From Opitutaceae bacterium (GTDB taxonomy: Bacteria > Verrucomicrobiota > Verrucomicrobiia > Opitutales > Coraliomargaritaceae), in assembly GCA_051252375.1 (NCBI GenBank), contig JBPOFY010000004.1:64001-128000 (forward strand): a stretch of DNA of 64,000 bases, given 5' to 3'. A model generated the notes under the pieces. That model had not been told where the DNA came from. It saw nothing but the letters and a program-made list of their open reading frames with translations, and searched no databases. Each line of letters opens with the position of its first letter. Position 1 is the stretch's first letter. Made by a program: the position numbers and the translations under genes. Below are positions 45,334 through 56,000 of this stretch, in pieces.

Positions 45334-48300
45334 TCATCGGATCACCCGTAGGCGTCCAAATAGTCGACCATCCTCGGCGATGCTTTTACTCACCGTGACA
45401 GTCACTTCCTCGGCACCTTCGATTTCATCGCCGATGCTGACTTCAGATGCTTGTGTGCCCGTGATGTCGAGATCATTCCAGACGATTAAATCCGAGCTGT
45501 ATTGAAACACTTGCACTGTGTCACCCGCAGACTGCGCGCGGCGGGTGAATGTGAATACAAAGTTTTCTCCAGAGGCATCCAGCGTTGGCAAAATAAATTG
45601 ATCCGGCGCTAGCGGGCTGCCGTTCAGTGTGTATTCCAGTAATACAGGCATGCCGTCTTGATCTCCATCCGCATCGAGCTCTAGGTCCTCAAGACTCGGG
45701 TGACGACTCAACCATGCTTCATAGCCTTCGTAGTCGTCATAGAGCTCGGCTACTTCAGAATCACTGAGCACAACATTATACAGCCTCACTTCATCAATGA
45801 TGCCACTATAATGAGACACCCCGTCACTACTTCCGAGAAAGACAGCTGTGATTCCGCTCATCGACCTCGTCTTGCCAATCCCGCTGTGCCAGAGTGATCC
45901 ATTGAGATAAATTTCCATCTCCTCACTGATCGCACTTTTAGTAAAGACCCAGTGGTTCCATCGTCCCTTAAATTCAGAGGCAGCTGCGGTTTTTGAAATG
46001 CGATCGTAGTTCGTTCCGCCGCTGTTACCCGCATCCCAAATGACTTTGGAATTACTCCATGGCAGATGGATGTTTATTACTCTATTTCCACTGCTGTCGA
46101 CGGCATGAAAAATTGACTCCGCAGATGGTTGCGTCGCGTCTCCATTAACCCACATGGATACCGTAACCTCACTACTAATCAAAGAAATGACCTCTTCTGG
46201 GAAATCAACATACGAACTACTCCCGTTAAAGCTCATGGCCTGACCTTCCACCCCACTCACAAGAGTCCCGTTGTAAGCGGTTGCATTATTGGCATGCGAC
46301 GAGGAGTCGACCACGATACTATTAGTCCCCGCGTCGAACTTCCACTCCGTCAGCAAACCAAAGAATGGGACATCCAGAAGATCCAGAGACATCGATTGAA
46401 TCGACTTCACTCCTCCGTTATCGTCCTGACCATAAAATGCCACCTGATAACTCTTAGTGAGATCGAAACCACCTGTAATGAGTCCCGAAGCTTCTTCCAC
46501 CCCATTGATCGAATAGCTCCAAGCTCCATTCGGACCGACCTCAATCACGACTTCAGTTGAAGCATCCTCCACGAATTGGACATTCGTCCCAGACTCATCA
46601 AGTGTCGTGCGCGTTGTCCCATCCGTAAAATTCAAACCACGTGCGCTGGCATCTTCAGTTGCTGTTAGGTTCACGCCCAAACTGTAGACACTGGTATCAG
46701 CCTTGAAGGGATTGACTCCAGAATAGGTCGTAAGATCCGTGTCAGTGCTGATCAGTCCAAACGAAAAACTATGGCCCAGATTGTCACCAATCGAGCCGGC
46801 GGTGTAGTTCACCGTCAACCTGAAGCCGCCATCCGATTGAAATGCCTGTGTCGAATACATCAATGCCCGGTAGTCATAGTTATTACTCTTATTTTTATAC
46901 ACTAGATCTCCGGGCTCCGCCGCGGGACCTATATTGGTCCAATACGCTCCCCCATTGATTGAGTTCAACGCCAGATCCAAATACTGATCATCCGTCACAT
47001 CGATCTGCACAAGGGCTGAACTGGATTGACTCCCATCACTCAAAGTCAGCAGGGCCGTGTTGAGTCCGAAATCAGAATCCTCAGGAGCTCCGCTCAGTTT
47101 CCAAACATCCGGGGCAAGTTCTTCCAAACCAAGCCAAGCAGGACCGCCGGACATCGTCACCGTGAGCGCGTCGCCCTCAAAATCCTCGAAATCGGTTCCT
47201 CGCCTGAGCAGGTGACTGTATTCCTTATATCGAAAGGCATCCGGAAGAACCAGAGGATCGGAAACCCAAGCAGGCGAACCGTCTCCCGGATTAGGAATTG
47301 TAGTGGGATTCTCGTTTACCTGCAATTCGACCTCACGATCGCGGCTAAGGCTGTTGGTATCCGTTGCCTGTAAGCTGAACGTATGCGTTGTCGCGCTACT
47401 CTCGGTTGGAATGCCGCTCAAGATCCAGTGACCAGGATTGAGGGAATCTTCCGTAATATTCAGCCATGAGGGTGCCCCATTAATCGGTGAAACAATCGTG
47501 ATCTCATCGCCTTCGGGATCCCAAAGATCCTTCTCCTCGACGAGCACATGATAATATGCCTGCCCGATGACTGCTTCTGGCAACACCGTATAGTATCGAG
47601 CCCAGTTTGGCGCGCCCGGGTCCTGAACGAGCGCCAAATGATCATCCAACGCCTTGAGCAAATCATACGCCCATGGTCGCAACTGCTCGACCCCGAGATT
47701 GACGTAGGTCGAAGCGCCCCAGGTCATGGACCCGCCCGCCTGAACTGCTTCCCGAGTCCATTGCAAGAAATCCACCTCTTCCCACGCCTGATTAGGACCA
47801 CTGGTCCATGAAGTCGTGCTCAGTTTGGAATGAAAATTTCCTACGACCAGATCATCCCAGTCCCGATTTCCTCCATCGTGCACATATCCATTGGTGGCAA
47901 TCATACGAGTCACATGCTGGTAGTTCAGGTTGAACTGGTTGCCGCTTACTTTCTCCGCGTGGTTATTGTTTCCGCCGAAAGCGTGACCAAATGTGAAGTC
48001 ATCGTAGCGGGTCGCATGCGCAAATGGGTAGGATGCATAATTCACGGTGCTACGCCCATTATTGAAGGCGAGCGGAATCTCCGGGTTCCCCGCGTGAATC
48101 GCATTAGCAAAGGCTTGGAAGATCCGTTGATCTTCAATCACTCCATTGGTGGCACTATCACCATTTGACCCGATATCCCCCGCCGAGTCGAAGATCCATC
48201 CCCCGATGAGCGGACCGTAACGCATGGCAAAATCTTTGAGCACATACTCCGCGTAACAGAACATGTATTTCCGATTCGGGTAGGTCTCGGTGAGGTCGAC

Positions 48301-49515
48301 ATTGTAAGCGATCTCATACTGCTCGGTCGTTGAATTCCACACTCCGGTGTGGAATGGCTGGCTATTAATGAATGCCTGCACGTCAGGATCCGTGTCGCAG
48401 TAGTCCTTCCAACGCTGCACGGCGACATCATATTCGCTCGAGTTGTTCCCGACGAAGTTCTCGGCATTAGAGTAGGCTTTGACCTTAAATCCCGCGGCCC
48501 TAATTTCTAGTATCCGCTTAAGAACGGCGTCATCTTCAGGCTCGTCCAAATTCAGATCTCCCCATAACGGGACAAGTAGGTTGATGCGATTACCATTCTC
48601 ATCGACATCACCCTGCGACAAGCTTTCCAAAAGCTTGTGTGGAGCATAATGTTTGGCAGATTGAGTGGCACCGGAATTAAATCCGACGCCGAGTGTATCC
48701 AACGTTTTGAAATCCTTCACCTGCCAGACAATCTCACCGCCGGACCAGGTCCCCCTGACACCTTTCGCACGTTCCCCAGGGACATAGGCTGTTTCCAACT
48801 TGAGAGATTGGATGGACTTGCCTCCGCCATCGTCGTCCTGTCCGTAAACGACCACCTGGTAGTTTTTACTCAGATCAAACCCTTCGAGCAAAACACCTGA
48901 TGCCTCGTAGACTCCATCAATCCGATAACACCAATACCCTCCGAGCCCAAACTCGATTGTTACCTCGGAAACCTGACCTGCCTTGAACTGGGCATTCGTG
49001 CCGGACTGATCCAAGGTTGTGACAATCGTCCCGTTGGCAAAGTTCAGTCCCTGCGCCGAGGCACCCCCGTCGGATGTCAAGTTGACCCCAAGACTGTAAA
49101 CGCCCGCCTCACTCTTGAACGGATTGAAGCCAGCATAAGTGGCCAGATTGACATCGGCATCAATCAAGCCAAACGAAAGATTATGTGCCCCGGCATCTCC
49201 AATCGAGCCGGTCAAGTAGCTGACCGTCAGTTTAAAGCCACTATCCGACTGGAAGGTGTTGGCAGAATACAGGATCGCCCGACTGGTATCACTCGTCCCC
49301 GAGGTAACAAAGGTCGCACTACCATCGTCTGTCCATGACTGGGCATCTATGGTCTTGTTGACCGCGCCTCCTCCAGTTCCATTCACATTAGCAGCGAGCG
49401 TGTCGCCGTCAAAGGTGTCTTCATACAGAACCTCCGCTTGGAGCATCAACGCGCCCAGCAAGTAAATCGAAATGATTCGCAATCGATTGGTCATATATAT
49501 TTTGGGCATTCGCAT
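45334..49515 (-). CDS. Multimodular GH107 endo-fucanase (unknown module, GH107, cadherin/Ig-like x2, unknown module, LamG, shared C-terminal domain)
   Basis: YMFCYAEYVLKDFAMRYG..IGGWIFDSA (catalytic Asp) and DDFTFGH (catalytic His); LamG motifs WNHWVFT and IDEVRLYN. The start may be 49494. Confidence 0.85.
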   Translation of the reverse strand: MRMPKIYMTNRLRIISIYLLGALMLQAEVLYEDTFDGDTLAANVNGTGGGAVNKTIDAQSWTDDGSATFVTSGTSDTSRAILYSANTFQSDSGFKLTVSYLTGSIGDAGAHNLSFGLIDADVNLATYAGFNPFKSEAGVYSLGVNLTSDGGASAQGLNFANGTIVTTLDQSGTNAQFKAGQVSEVTIEFGLGGYWCYRIDGVYEASGVLLEGFDLSKNYQVVVYGQDDDGGGKSIQSLKLETAYVPGERAKGVRGTWSGGEIVWQVKDFKTLDTLGVGFNSGATQSAKHYAPHKLLESLSQGDVDENGNRINLLVPLWGDLNLDEPEDDAVLKRILEIRAAGFKVKAYSNAENFVGNNSSEYDVAVQRWKDYCDTDPDVQAFINSQPFHTGVWNSTTEQYEIAYNVDLTETYPNRKYMFCYAEYVLKDFAMRYGPLIGGWIFDSAGDIGSNGDSATNGVIEDQRIFQAFANAIHAGNPEIPLAFNNGRSTVNYASYPFAHATRYDDFTFGHAFGGNNNHAEKVSGNQFNLNYQHVTRMIATNGYVHDGGNRDWDDLVVGNFHSKLSTTSWTSGPNQAWEEVDFLQWTREAVQAGGSMTWGASTYVNLGVEQLRPWAYDLLKALDDHLALVQDPGAPNWARYYTVLPEAVIGQAYYHVLVEEKDLWDPEGDEITIVSPINGAPSWLNITEDSLNPGHWILSGIPTESSATTHTFSLQATDTNSLSRDREVELQVNENPTTIPNPGDGSPAWVSDPLVLPDAFRYKEYSHLLRRGTDFEDFEGDALTVTMSGGPAWLGLEELAPDVWKLSGAPEDSDFGLNTALLTLSDGSQSSSALVQIDVTDDQYLDLALNSINGGAYWTNIGPAAEPGDLVYKNKSNNYDYRALMYSTQAFQSDGGFRLTVNYTAGSIGDNLGHSFSFGLISTDTDLTTYSGVNPFKADTSVYSLGVNLTATEDASARGLNFTDGTTRTTLDESGTNVQFVEDASTEVVIEVGPNGAWSYSINGVEEASGLITGGFDLTKSYQVAFYGQDDNGGVKSIQSMSLDLLDVPFFGLLTEWKFDAGTNSIVVDSSSHANNATAYNGTLVSGVEGQAMSFNGSSSYVDFPEEVISLISSEVTVSMWVNGDATQPSAESIFHAVDSSGNRVINIHLPWSNSKVIWDAGNSGGTNYDRISKTAAASEFKGRWNHWVFTKSAISEEMEIYLNGSLWHSGIGKTRSMSGITAVFLGSSDGVSHYSGIIDEVRLYNVVLSDSEVAELYDDYEGYEAWLSRHPSLEDLELDADGDQDGMPVLLEYTLNGSPLAPDQFILPTLDASGENFVFTFTRRAQSAGDTVQVFQYSSDLIVWNDLDITGTQASEVSIGDEIEGAEEVTVTVSKSIAEDGRLFGRLRVIR

Positions 49516-49526
49516 CTCGGATATAT

Positions 49527-52500
49527 CTATTCAGCGATAGCCTTCAAGCGCCCAAACAGTCGACCATCCACGGCTACGGTCTTGCTCAGGGTGACCGTCA
49601 CTTCTTCAGCGCCGTCGACTTCAGCGCCGACACTGACTTCAGGTGCTTGAACTCCCGTTATGTTGAGATCATCCCAATTGACTAAGTTCGAGCTGTATTG
49701 AAAGATTTGCGTGGTATCACCGGCAGACTCCGCGCGGCGGGTGAAGGTGAAAATATAGTTTTCTCCGGAGGCATCCAGTGTTGGCAAAATAAATTGATCT
49801 GGCACCAACGGGCTGCCATTCAGAACATATTCAAGGAAGACCACGATACCGTCCTCATCTCCATCTGCATCGAGCTCTAGGTTCAAAAGACTCGGGTAGC
49901 GACTGGTCCAAGATTCATAGCCTTCGTATGCTTCGTAGAGCTCGGTCACTTCAGATGCAGAGAGTTCCGTATTATAGAGCTTCACCTCGTCGATCATGCC
50001 ATCGTAATAAGCCGCCCCATTTCCATTGCCGAGAGCAGCGACGGAAATGGCACCAATCGGTTGGGTCAAACCAACATCACTGTGCCATAGCGCTCCATTG
50101 AGATAGATTTTCATCTCCCCGTTGGCTGCGTTCTTCATGAAGACCCAGTGGTTCCATCGCTCTTTGTATTCAGCAGGAATCGCAACTTTCAAGATGCGAT
50201 CGTAGGGCGTCCCACCGGCTCCGGCATCCCAAATGACGTTGGAATTACTCCAGGGTAAATGAATATTCAACACTCGCTCTCCACTGCTGTCGACAGCTCT
50301 AAAAACCGCCTCGCTCGCTGGTTGCGTCGTCGCCCCATTGACCCACATCGAGATGGTGATTTCATTGCCAAGAGATGCAAAGGCCGACGCCGGCAACGAG
50401 ATGCTGGAATTGCTCCCATTGAAATCCATCGCACTGCCGACAACACCGGGCTCGGAAACGACGTTAACAGATGTTCCATGATACCCACTTCCAGATGCGT
50501 CAGTGACGACCGAACCAGACACATCGTCTAGGGACCAATCAGCGATCAGTCCCACCACCTGAAAAGGCTTGAGTTCCAGTTCGAGAGACTGGATCGATTT
50601 AACAGCCGCATAGTCATCCTGACCATAAACCACCACTCGATAATTACTGCTTAAATCAAACCCACCGGCGATGACTCCGGTAGCTTCGACAATCCCGTCG
50701 ATCGAATAGCTCCAGGCTCCATTCTGATCAATTTCAATCACTAACGGAGTTGAAGCTCCAGTCACAAACTGAACATTCGTTCCAGATTCATCCAGCGAAG
50801 TTATAGTCGACCCGTCTGTGAAATTCAGACCGCGAAGCGTGCCGCCTAGATCTGAGGTCAAATTAGCTCCTAGACTATAGACAGTCGCATCGGCCCCAAA
50901 GGGATTGAGCCCTGTATAGGTGGACAGATCAGTATCAACACGAATCAAGCCGATTGAAAAATTGGACAGTCCTTGAAATCCGATGTGATCCGTTTCGTAG
51001 TAAGCCGTCAGTTTGAAGCCACCATCCGACTGAAACGACTCGGTGGAGTAACTGATCGCTCTATTTTGATTAGTTGTTCCGTTGTTATCGTAGGCCAGTT
51101 CATATCCCAAATTCAACCAATCAGCCCCACCATCGATAGTTAGGCTTGTCGTAGGCATGATGGATGACTCTTTGACTATCAGATCAACCGTCCTTGACGT
51201 CTCGACGACTCCAATCGCAATTAGCAAATCAAAGCAGTATTCGGTTGCTACCGTCTCCGTGGGCGTGCCGCTCAGCACCCAGTCTCCTGACCCTGGACTG
51301 GACTCAGCCACCGATAACCACGCCGGTGCACCAACTAAAGTAAAACCAGTGATACTGCCGCCCGAAGGATCCCAGAAATCTACGCCGTCAGTCAAGGTAT
51401 GGCTATAGGGAGCTCCAATCGCAGCAACGGGCAAGGGAGTATCTGCGCGCCTCCAATTCGGCACTCCTGGAAACTGAGACGTTCTAAAATGAAGGTCCAC
51501 CGCCTCCAGTTGCGTCAGCGCATAAGGTTGGAGTGTAAGAACCGGAGAATTCTCCAAGTTTGTTCGGACGAGAGGCGTGCCCCAAGTGATGGCCCCTCCA
51601 TTGATGCACCCCTCGGCGGTCCACTCGACGAACTGCGCATCCGTCAGACAAGGCGCCGCTCCCGCATTCCAAGAAGTCGTGCTCTGTTTCGGAAAAAAGT
51701 GACCCACGACATCATCATTCCAGACTCTCGCGTCAGTTGCCCCAAACGGCAGACCGTTATGGTCCTGCATAAATTCGCAGATCGCAAAGTTCCGAGTATA
51801 CAAGATTTCGGGCACAACCATATTTCCGGCTCCACCGAAAGGGTGACCGAAAGCATAGTCATCAAAAAGAGTAGGCGTAGCGAACGGAGCCCCATCGACG
51901 CCCACACTGTTATTAAATGAGATCGCAGCATTCGGATTCCCCGCATGACAGGCATTTGCGAAGGCTTCGTAGATTCTCTGATCATTCAATAAACCACTAG
52001 CCGCATCATCGCCACAGTCCTCCATGATGTTGTCCGCGGAGTCAAAGCACCAGGCATCGATCAGGTCACCATAACGAAGCGAATACTCCTTGAGGATGAA
52101 CTCGGCGTAGCAGAACATATATTTCCGTCTATCGGGATCGCCAGCCTGTAGATATGGATGGCTGTTGATGAATGCCTGAACCGTGGGATCCGTGTCGCAA
52201 TAATTTTCCCAACGATCAGAAATATCGGGATAGTCCACCTGAGTATCTTCTGGGTTTCGAGCGAGGAGATTGTAGGAATTTACATAGATTTCAGATCTGA
52301 GACCCGCCGCATCGATTGCTTCAAGCCAGCTCATCAATGGGTCGTCTACTGAAGCGCGCGGAACGACCAGATTGATCGGATCACCGTTCGTATCGGTGTC
52401 ACCTTGCCAAAGACTTTCAATAATCGGATGCGGCCCAGTGTGCACCGGGGAAAAGATATTCGGACTGGCGAGGGCTACCTGGACATAGTCAATGGTCTTA

Positions 52501-52706
52501 AGATGGGATATTTGTGCGAGGAAATCATCGATCCTCACCCCTTCAATGTTGCCGTTGAAGTTTCGCTCCGGCAGCCACAGCGCACCCCATGATCCTCGCA
52601 TCCAATCGGCACGCTCTCCCAAGCCAAGGAGCACGTCATCCGCATGAGCCACGCCTCCTGCAAGCAACAAAGTCGTAAGTGCAATGAATCGTCGTAGTGG
52701 GATCAT
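49527..52706 (-). CDS. Multimodular GH107 endo-fucanase (GH107, Ig/cadherin-like, unknown module, LamG, shared C-terminal domain)
   Basis: RADWMRGSWG, ILKEYSLRYGDLIDAWCFDSA, DDYAFGHPFGG; LamG WNHWVF and IDEVKLYN. Start is probably ATG 52706. Confidence 0.9.
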   Translation of the reverse strand: MIPLRRFIALTTLLLAGGVAHADDVLLGLGERADWMRGSWGALWLPERNFNGNIEGVRIDDFLAQISHLKTIDYVQVALASPNIFSPVHTGPHPIIESLWQGDTDTNGDPINLVVPRASVDDPLMSWLEAIDAAGLRSEIYVNSYNLLARNPEDTQVDYPDISDRWENYCDTDPTVQAFINSHPYLQAGDPDRRKYMFCYAEFILKEYSLRYGDLIDAWCFDSADNIMEDCGDDAASGLLNDQRIYEAFANACHAGNPNAAISFNNSVGVDGAPFATPTLFDDYAFGHPFGGAGNMVVPEILYTRNFAICEFMQDHNGLPFGATDARVWNDDVVGHFFPKQSTTSWNAGAAPCLTDAQFVEWTAEGCINGGAITWGTPLVRTNLENSPVLTLQPYALTQLEAVDLHFRTSQFPGVPNWRRADTPLPVAAIGAPYSHTLTDGVDFWDPSGGSITGFTLVGAPAWLSVAESSPGSGDWVLSGTPTETVATEYCFDLLIAIGVVETSRTVDLIVKESSIMPTTSLTIDGGADWLNLGYELAYDNNGTTNQNRAISYSTESFQSDGGFKLTAYYETDHIGFQGLSNFSIGLIRVDTDLSTYTGLNPFGADATVYSLGANLTSDLGGTLRGLNFTDGSTITSLDESGTNVQFVTGASTPLVIEIDQNGAWSYSIDGIVEATGVIAGGFDLSSNYRVVVYGQDDYAAVKSIQSLELELKPFQVVGLIADWSLDDVSGSVVTDASGSGYHGTSVNVVSEPGVVGSAMDFNGSNSSISLPASAFASLGNEITISMWVNGATTQPASEAVFRAVDSSGERVLNIHLPWSNSNVIWDAGAGGTPYDRILKVAIPAEYKERWNHWVFMKNAANGEMKIYLNGALWHSDVGLTQPIGAISVAALGNGNGAAYYDGMIDEVKLYNTELSASEVTELYEAYEGYESWTSRYPSLLNLELDADGDEDGIVVFLEYVLNGSPLVPDQFILPTLDASGENYIFTFTRRAESAGDTTQIFQYSSNLVNWDDLNITGVQAPEVSVGAEVDGAEEVTVTLSKTVAVDGRLFGRLKAIAE
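52033..52616. repeat. Direct repeat copy 1 (apparently identical to 55863-56446; offset 3830 nt)
   Basis: No mismatch seen by eye. Alternative-frame ORFs 52158-52352/55988-56182 and 52404-52592/56234-56422 have identical translations. Confidence 0.9.
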
Positions 52707-52901
52707 GTGTGAATATTTGCACGTCTCATACTTCAGCAATCTTCACAATTGCCACAAGTAAGTAGGGACTACGCAGAACGAGGGTATTATAAGGGAGGTG
52801 TTACTCAATGATCTGACAGAGGCAGCCAGTGGTGAAAAAATAAAGCGAACGAAACAAAAATTCTAAGACTTATAGTCTATCACGAAATCGAGTTGAGAAC
52901 A

Positions 52902-52932
52902 ATCACGCATACACATAGTGCTTATACGTAAT
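52902..52932. promoter_or_regulatory. Operator-like boxes upstream of the GH107 gene 49527-52706
   Basis: ATCACGCATACACATA at 52902 plus an inverted copy (ATTACGTATAAGCACT on the minus strand, 52917-52932). Confidence 0.55.
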
Positions 52933-53062
52933 TAGTCGTGCCCTAATAGCGCGATTCGGCTCTCTGAGCCGAGTTAACGAGATGCTCCCCTTCTGCAGGA
53001 AGCTATGTTCGATTCATTCACAGGCTTATATTGAACCCGACGTAAATACAGATTACTCATGA

Positions 53063-56000
53063 TTACGGCTGTGTATTTCCGGAGGCCGTTTCGTTGATTT
53101 GCATACGGTAGAACCGCGCCTTTCTTCCGTTGGAGAGGAATATAGGGTAATTCAATTCCACTGCTTCATAACCATTCGCAGCGGAGGTGCTGGGAATTCG
53201 AACTGCGCTCCTGCCATTCACGCTCTCCCAGATTGACAAGTCATGGCTGAATTGAGCGGTGTAGCCAATACCCGAGTTAAGATGGTCCTCTAGACGAATA
53301 AAACGCGCCTTCACGCTTAAGGGCGAAAAATCTATAATCACAATAGGTGCGCCCGGCGTAAAGCTAGTGCCATTGATCGCCATAGTGCTGGCATCACTCA
53401 CATTTGGATTCGTTCCGAAGGCATACTCCAACAGATTGACTGAGCTATCGATGTCCGAATCCGCGGTATCGGCTGCGTTGCTGGTATTGTCGTAACTACC
53501 AAAATGAGTGAGTCGCCAGTTTTCGAGCCCGGTGTAGGCCGCAAAGTTAGCAGTCACCGTGATGTTACCAGTGACGCTGAGATCAGTGCGCGGATTGTCT
53601 GTGCTAGCATCGCTCCAGTCGACGAAGTAAAAGTTTGTATGTGGAACTGCGGTGAGCGCAGTTCCATCGTTGCCAATGCTTACTGCCTGCGAGCTGGTTC
53701 CGGTAATGATACCGTTGGAGCCAGCTGTGTAGGTCAGCGTATAAGTGGGATTGGAGGGATAACTGGCATAGAGGTTCGCGACTTCGGTGGCATCGAGTTC
53801 GATGTCGTAGAGTTGGACCTCGTCGATGTTACCCGTATAGTATGCGGAGGAAATATTACTACCGATCGTGGCTGCTGTTATGCCCGTCATGGTCTTAGTA
53901 TTGCCTGTGCCTGAGTGCCAGAGGGTGCCGTTCCGATAGATGTTCATGACGCCGGTATTGGCGTTTTTAGTGAAGACCCAGTGAGCCCATGATCCTTCAT
54001 ACTCAGCCGCGACTGCAGCCTTGCTAATACGGTCGAACCCACTGTCGCCAGCATCCCAAAAGATCGTGCCATTAGAATAAGGGAGATGAACGTTCAGGAC
54101 ACGATTACCCGAACTATTGACAGCATAGATTATAGAGCTGACGGTGGGTAAACTGCTGTCGCCATAGGCCCACAAGGAGATGGTGATCTGATCGCTGAGT
54201 GAACTAAACGCGGAATCAATGTTAGTGACTTGCGAACTGGTTCCATTGAATGCCAATCCGTGATTCTCATATCCAGGAACCCAACTTGTATTCGAGATAA
54301 TTCCGTCGTGTCCGTTTCCAGTGATGTCGGCAGTGGTGGTGCTACCGCTACCCTCATCAAAAGTCCAATGGGCCACAAGTCCCGCCACCTGATAGGGCTT
54401 GAGCTCCAGATCGAGAGACTGGATCGATTTAACAGCCGCATAGTCATCCTGACCATAAACCACCACTCGATAACTACTGCTTAAATCAAACCCACCGGCA
54501 ATGACTCCTGTAGCTTCGACAATCCCATTGATCGAATAGCTCCAGGCTCCATTCTGATCAATTTCAATGACCACCTCAGTCGAAGCATCAGTCACAAACT
54601 GAACATTCGTTCCAGAAGTATCTAGCGTGGTTATAGTCGACCCGTCTGTGAAATTCAGACCGCGAAGCGTGCTGCCTAGATCTGAGGTCAAATTAGCTCC
54701 TAGACTATAGACAGTCGCATCGGCCCCAAAGGGATTGAGCCCTGTATAGGTGGACAGATCGGTATCGACGCGGACCAAGCCGAATGAAAAATTAGCCTCT
54801 CCTAGATATGCGATGTAATCTGTTGTATAATAAGTCGTCAGTTTGAAGCCACCATCCGACTGAAACGACTCGGTGGAGTAACTGATCGCTCTGTTTTGAT
54901 TAGTTGTTCCGTTGTTATCGTAGGTCAACTCATACCCCGTATCCAACCAATCAGCCCCACCATTGATTGATAGGCTTGTCGTAGGCATAATGGGTGACTC
55001 GTTGACTTTTAGATGAACCGTCCTCGAGGTCTCCGCAGCTCCGATCGCGATTCGCAAATCAAAGCAGTATTCGGTTTCGATCGTCTCCGTGGGCGTGCCG
55101 CTCAACACCCAATCTCCGGACCCCGGACTAGACTCAGCCACCGATAACCACGACGGTGCATTGACTAAAGTAAACCCAGTGATACTGCCGCCCGAAGGAT
55201 CCCAGAAATCTACGCCGTCAGTCAAGGTATGGCTATAGGGAGCTCCAATCGCAGCAACGGGCAAGGGAGTATCTGCGCGCCTCCAATTCGGCACTCCGGG
55301 AAACTGAGACGTTCTGAAATGAAGGTCCACCGCCTCCAGTTGCGTCAGCGCATAAGGTTGGAGTGTGAGAACCGGCGAATTCTCTAGGTTCGTGCGGACG
55401 AGAGGCGTGCCCCAAGTGATGGCACCTCCATTGATGCACCCCTCGGCGGTCCACTCGACGAACTGCGCATCCGTCAGACAAGGAGCCGCGCCCGCATTCC
55501 AGGAAGTTGTGCTTTGTTTTGGGAAAAAATGCCCAACCACGTCGTCGTTCCAATCTCTGGTATCCGTCGTGGCGAAGGGAAGGCCATTGTGATCCTGTAT
55601 ATATTCCACGATCGCAAAGTTCCGAGTATACAGGATTTCGGGCACGACCATATTTCCCGCCCCACCAAAAGGGTGACCGAAGGTATAGTCATCGAAAAGC
55701 GTTGGCGTCGCCAATGGAGCCCCATCGACGCCCACACTGTTATTAAATGAGATCGCAGCATTCGGATTCCCCGCATGACAGGCATCTGCGAAAGCTTCAT
55801 AGATCCTCTGATCATCAAGAATCCCGCTCTCCGCATCATCTCCGCAGTCCTCCATGATGTTATCCGCGGAGTCAAAGCACCAGGCATCGATCAGGTCACC
55901 ATAACGAAGCGAATACTCCTTGAGGATGAACTCGGCGTAGCAGAACATATATTTCCGTCTATCGGGATCGCCAGCCTGTAGATATGGATGGCTGTTGATG

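Noticed and set aside
52956..52973. TCGGCTC-TCT-GAGCCGA hairpin as a REP element
   Set aside because: Single copy in the window with no U-tract; cannot distinguish REP from chance or a weak terminator.
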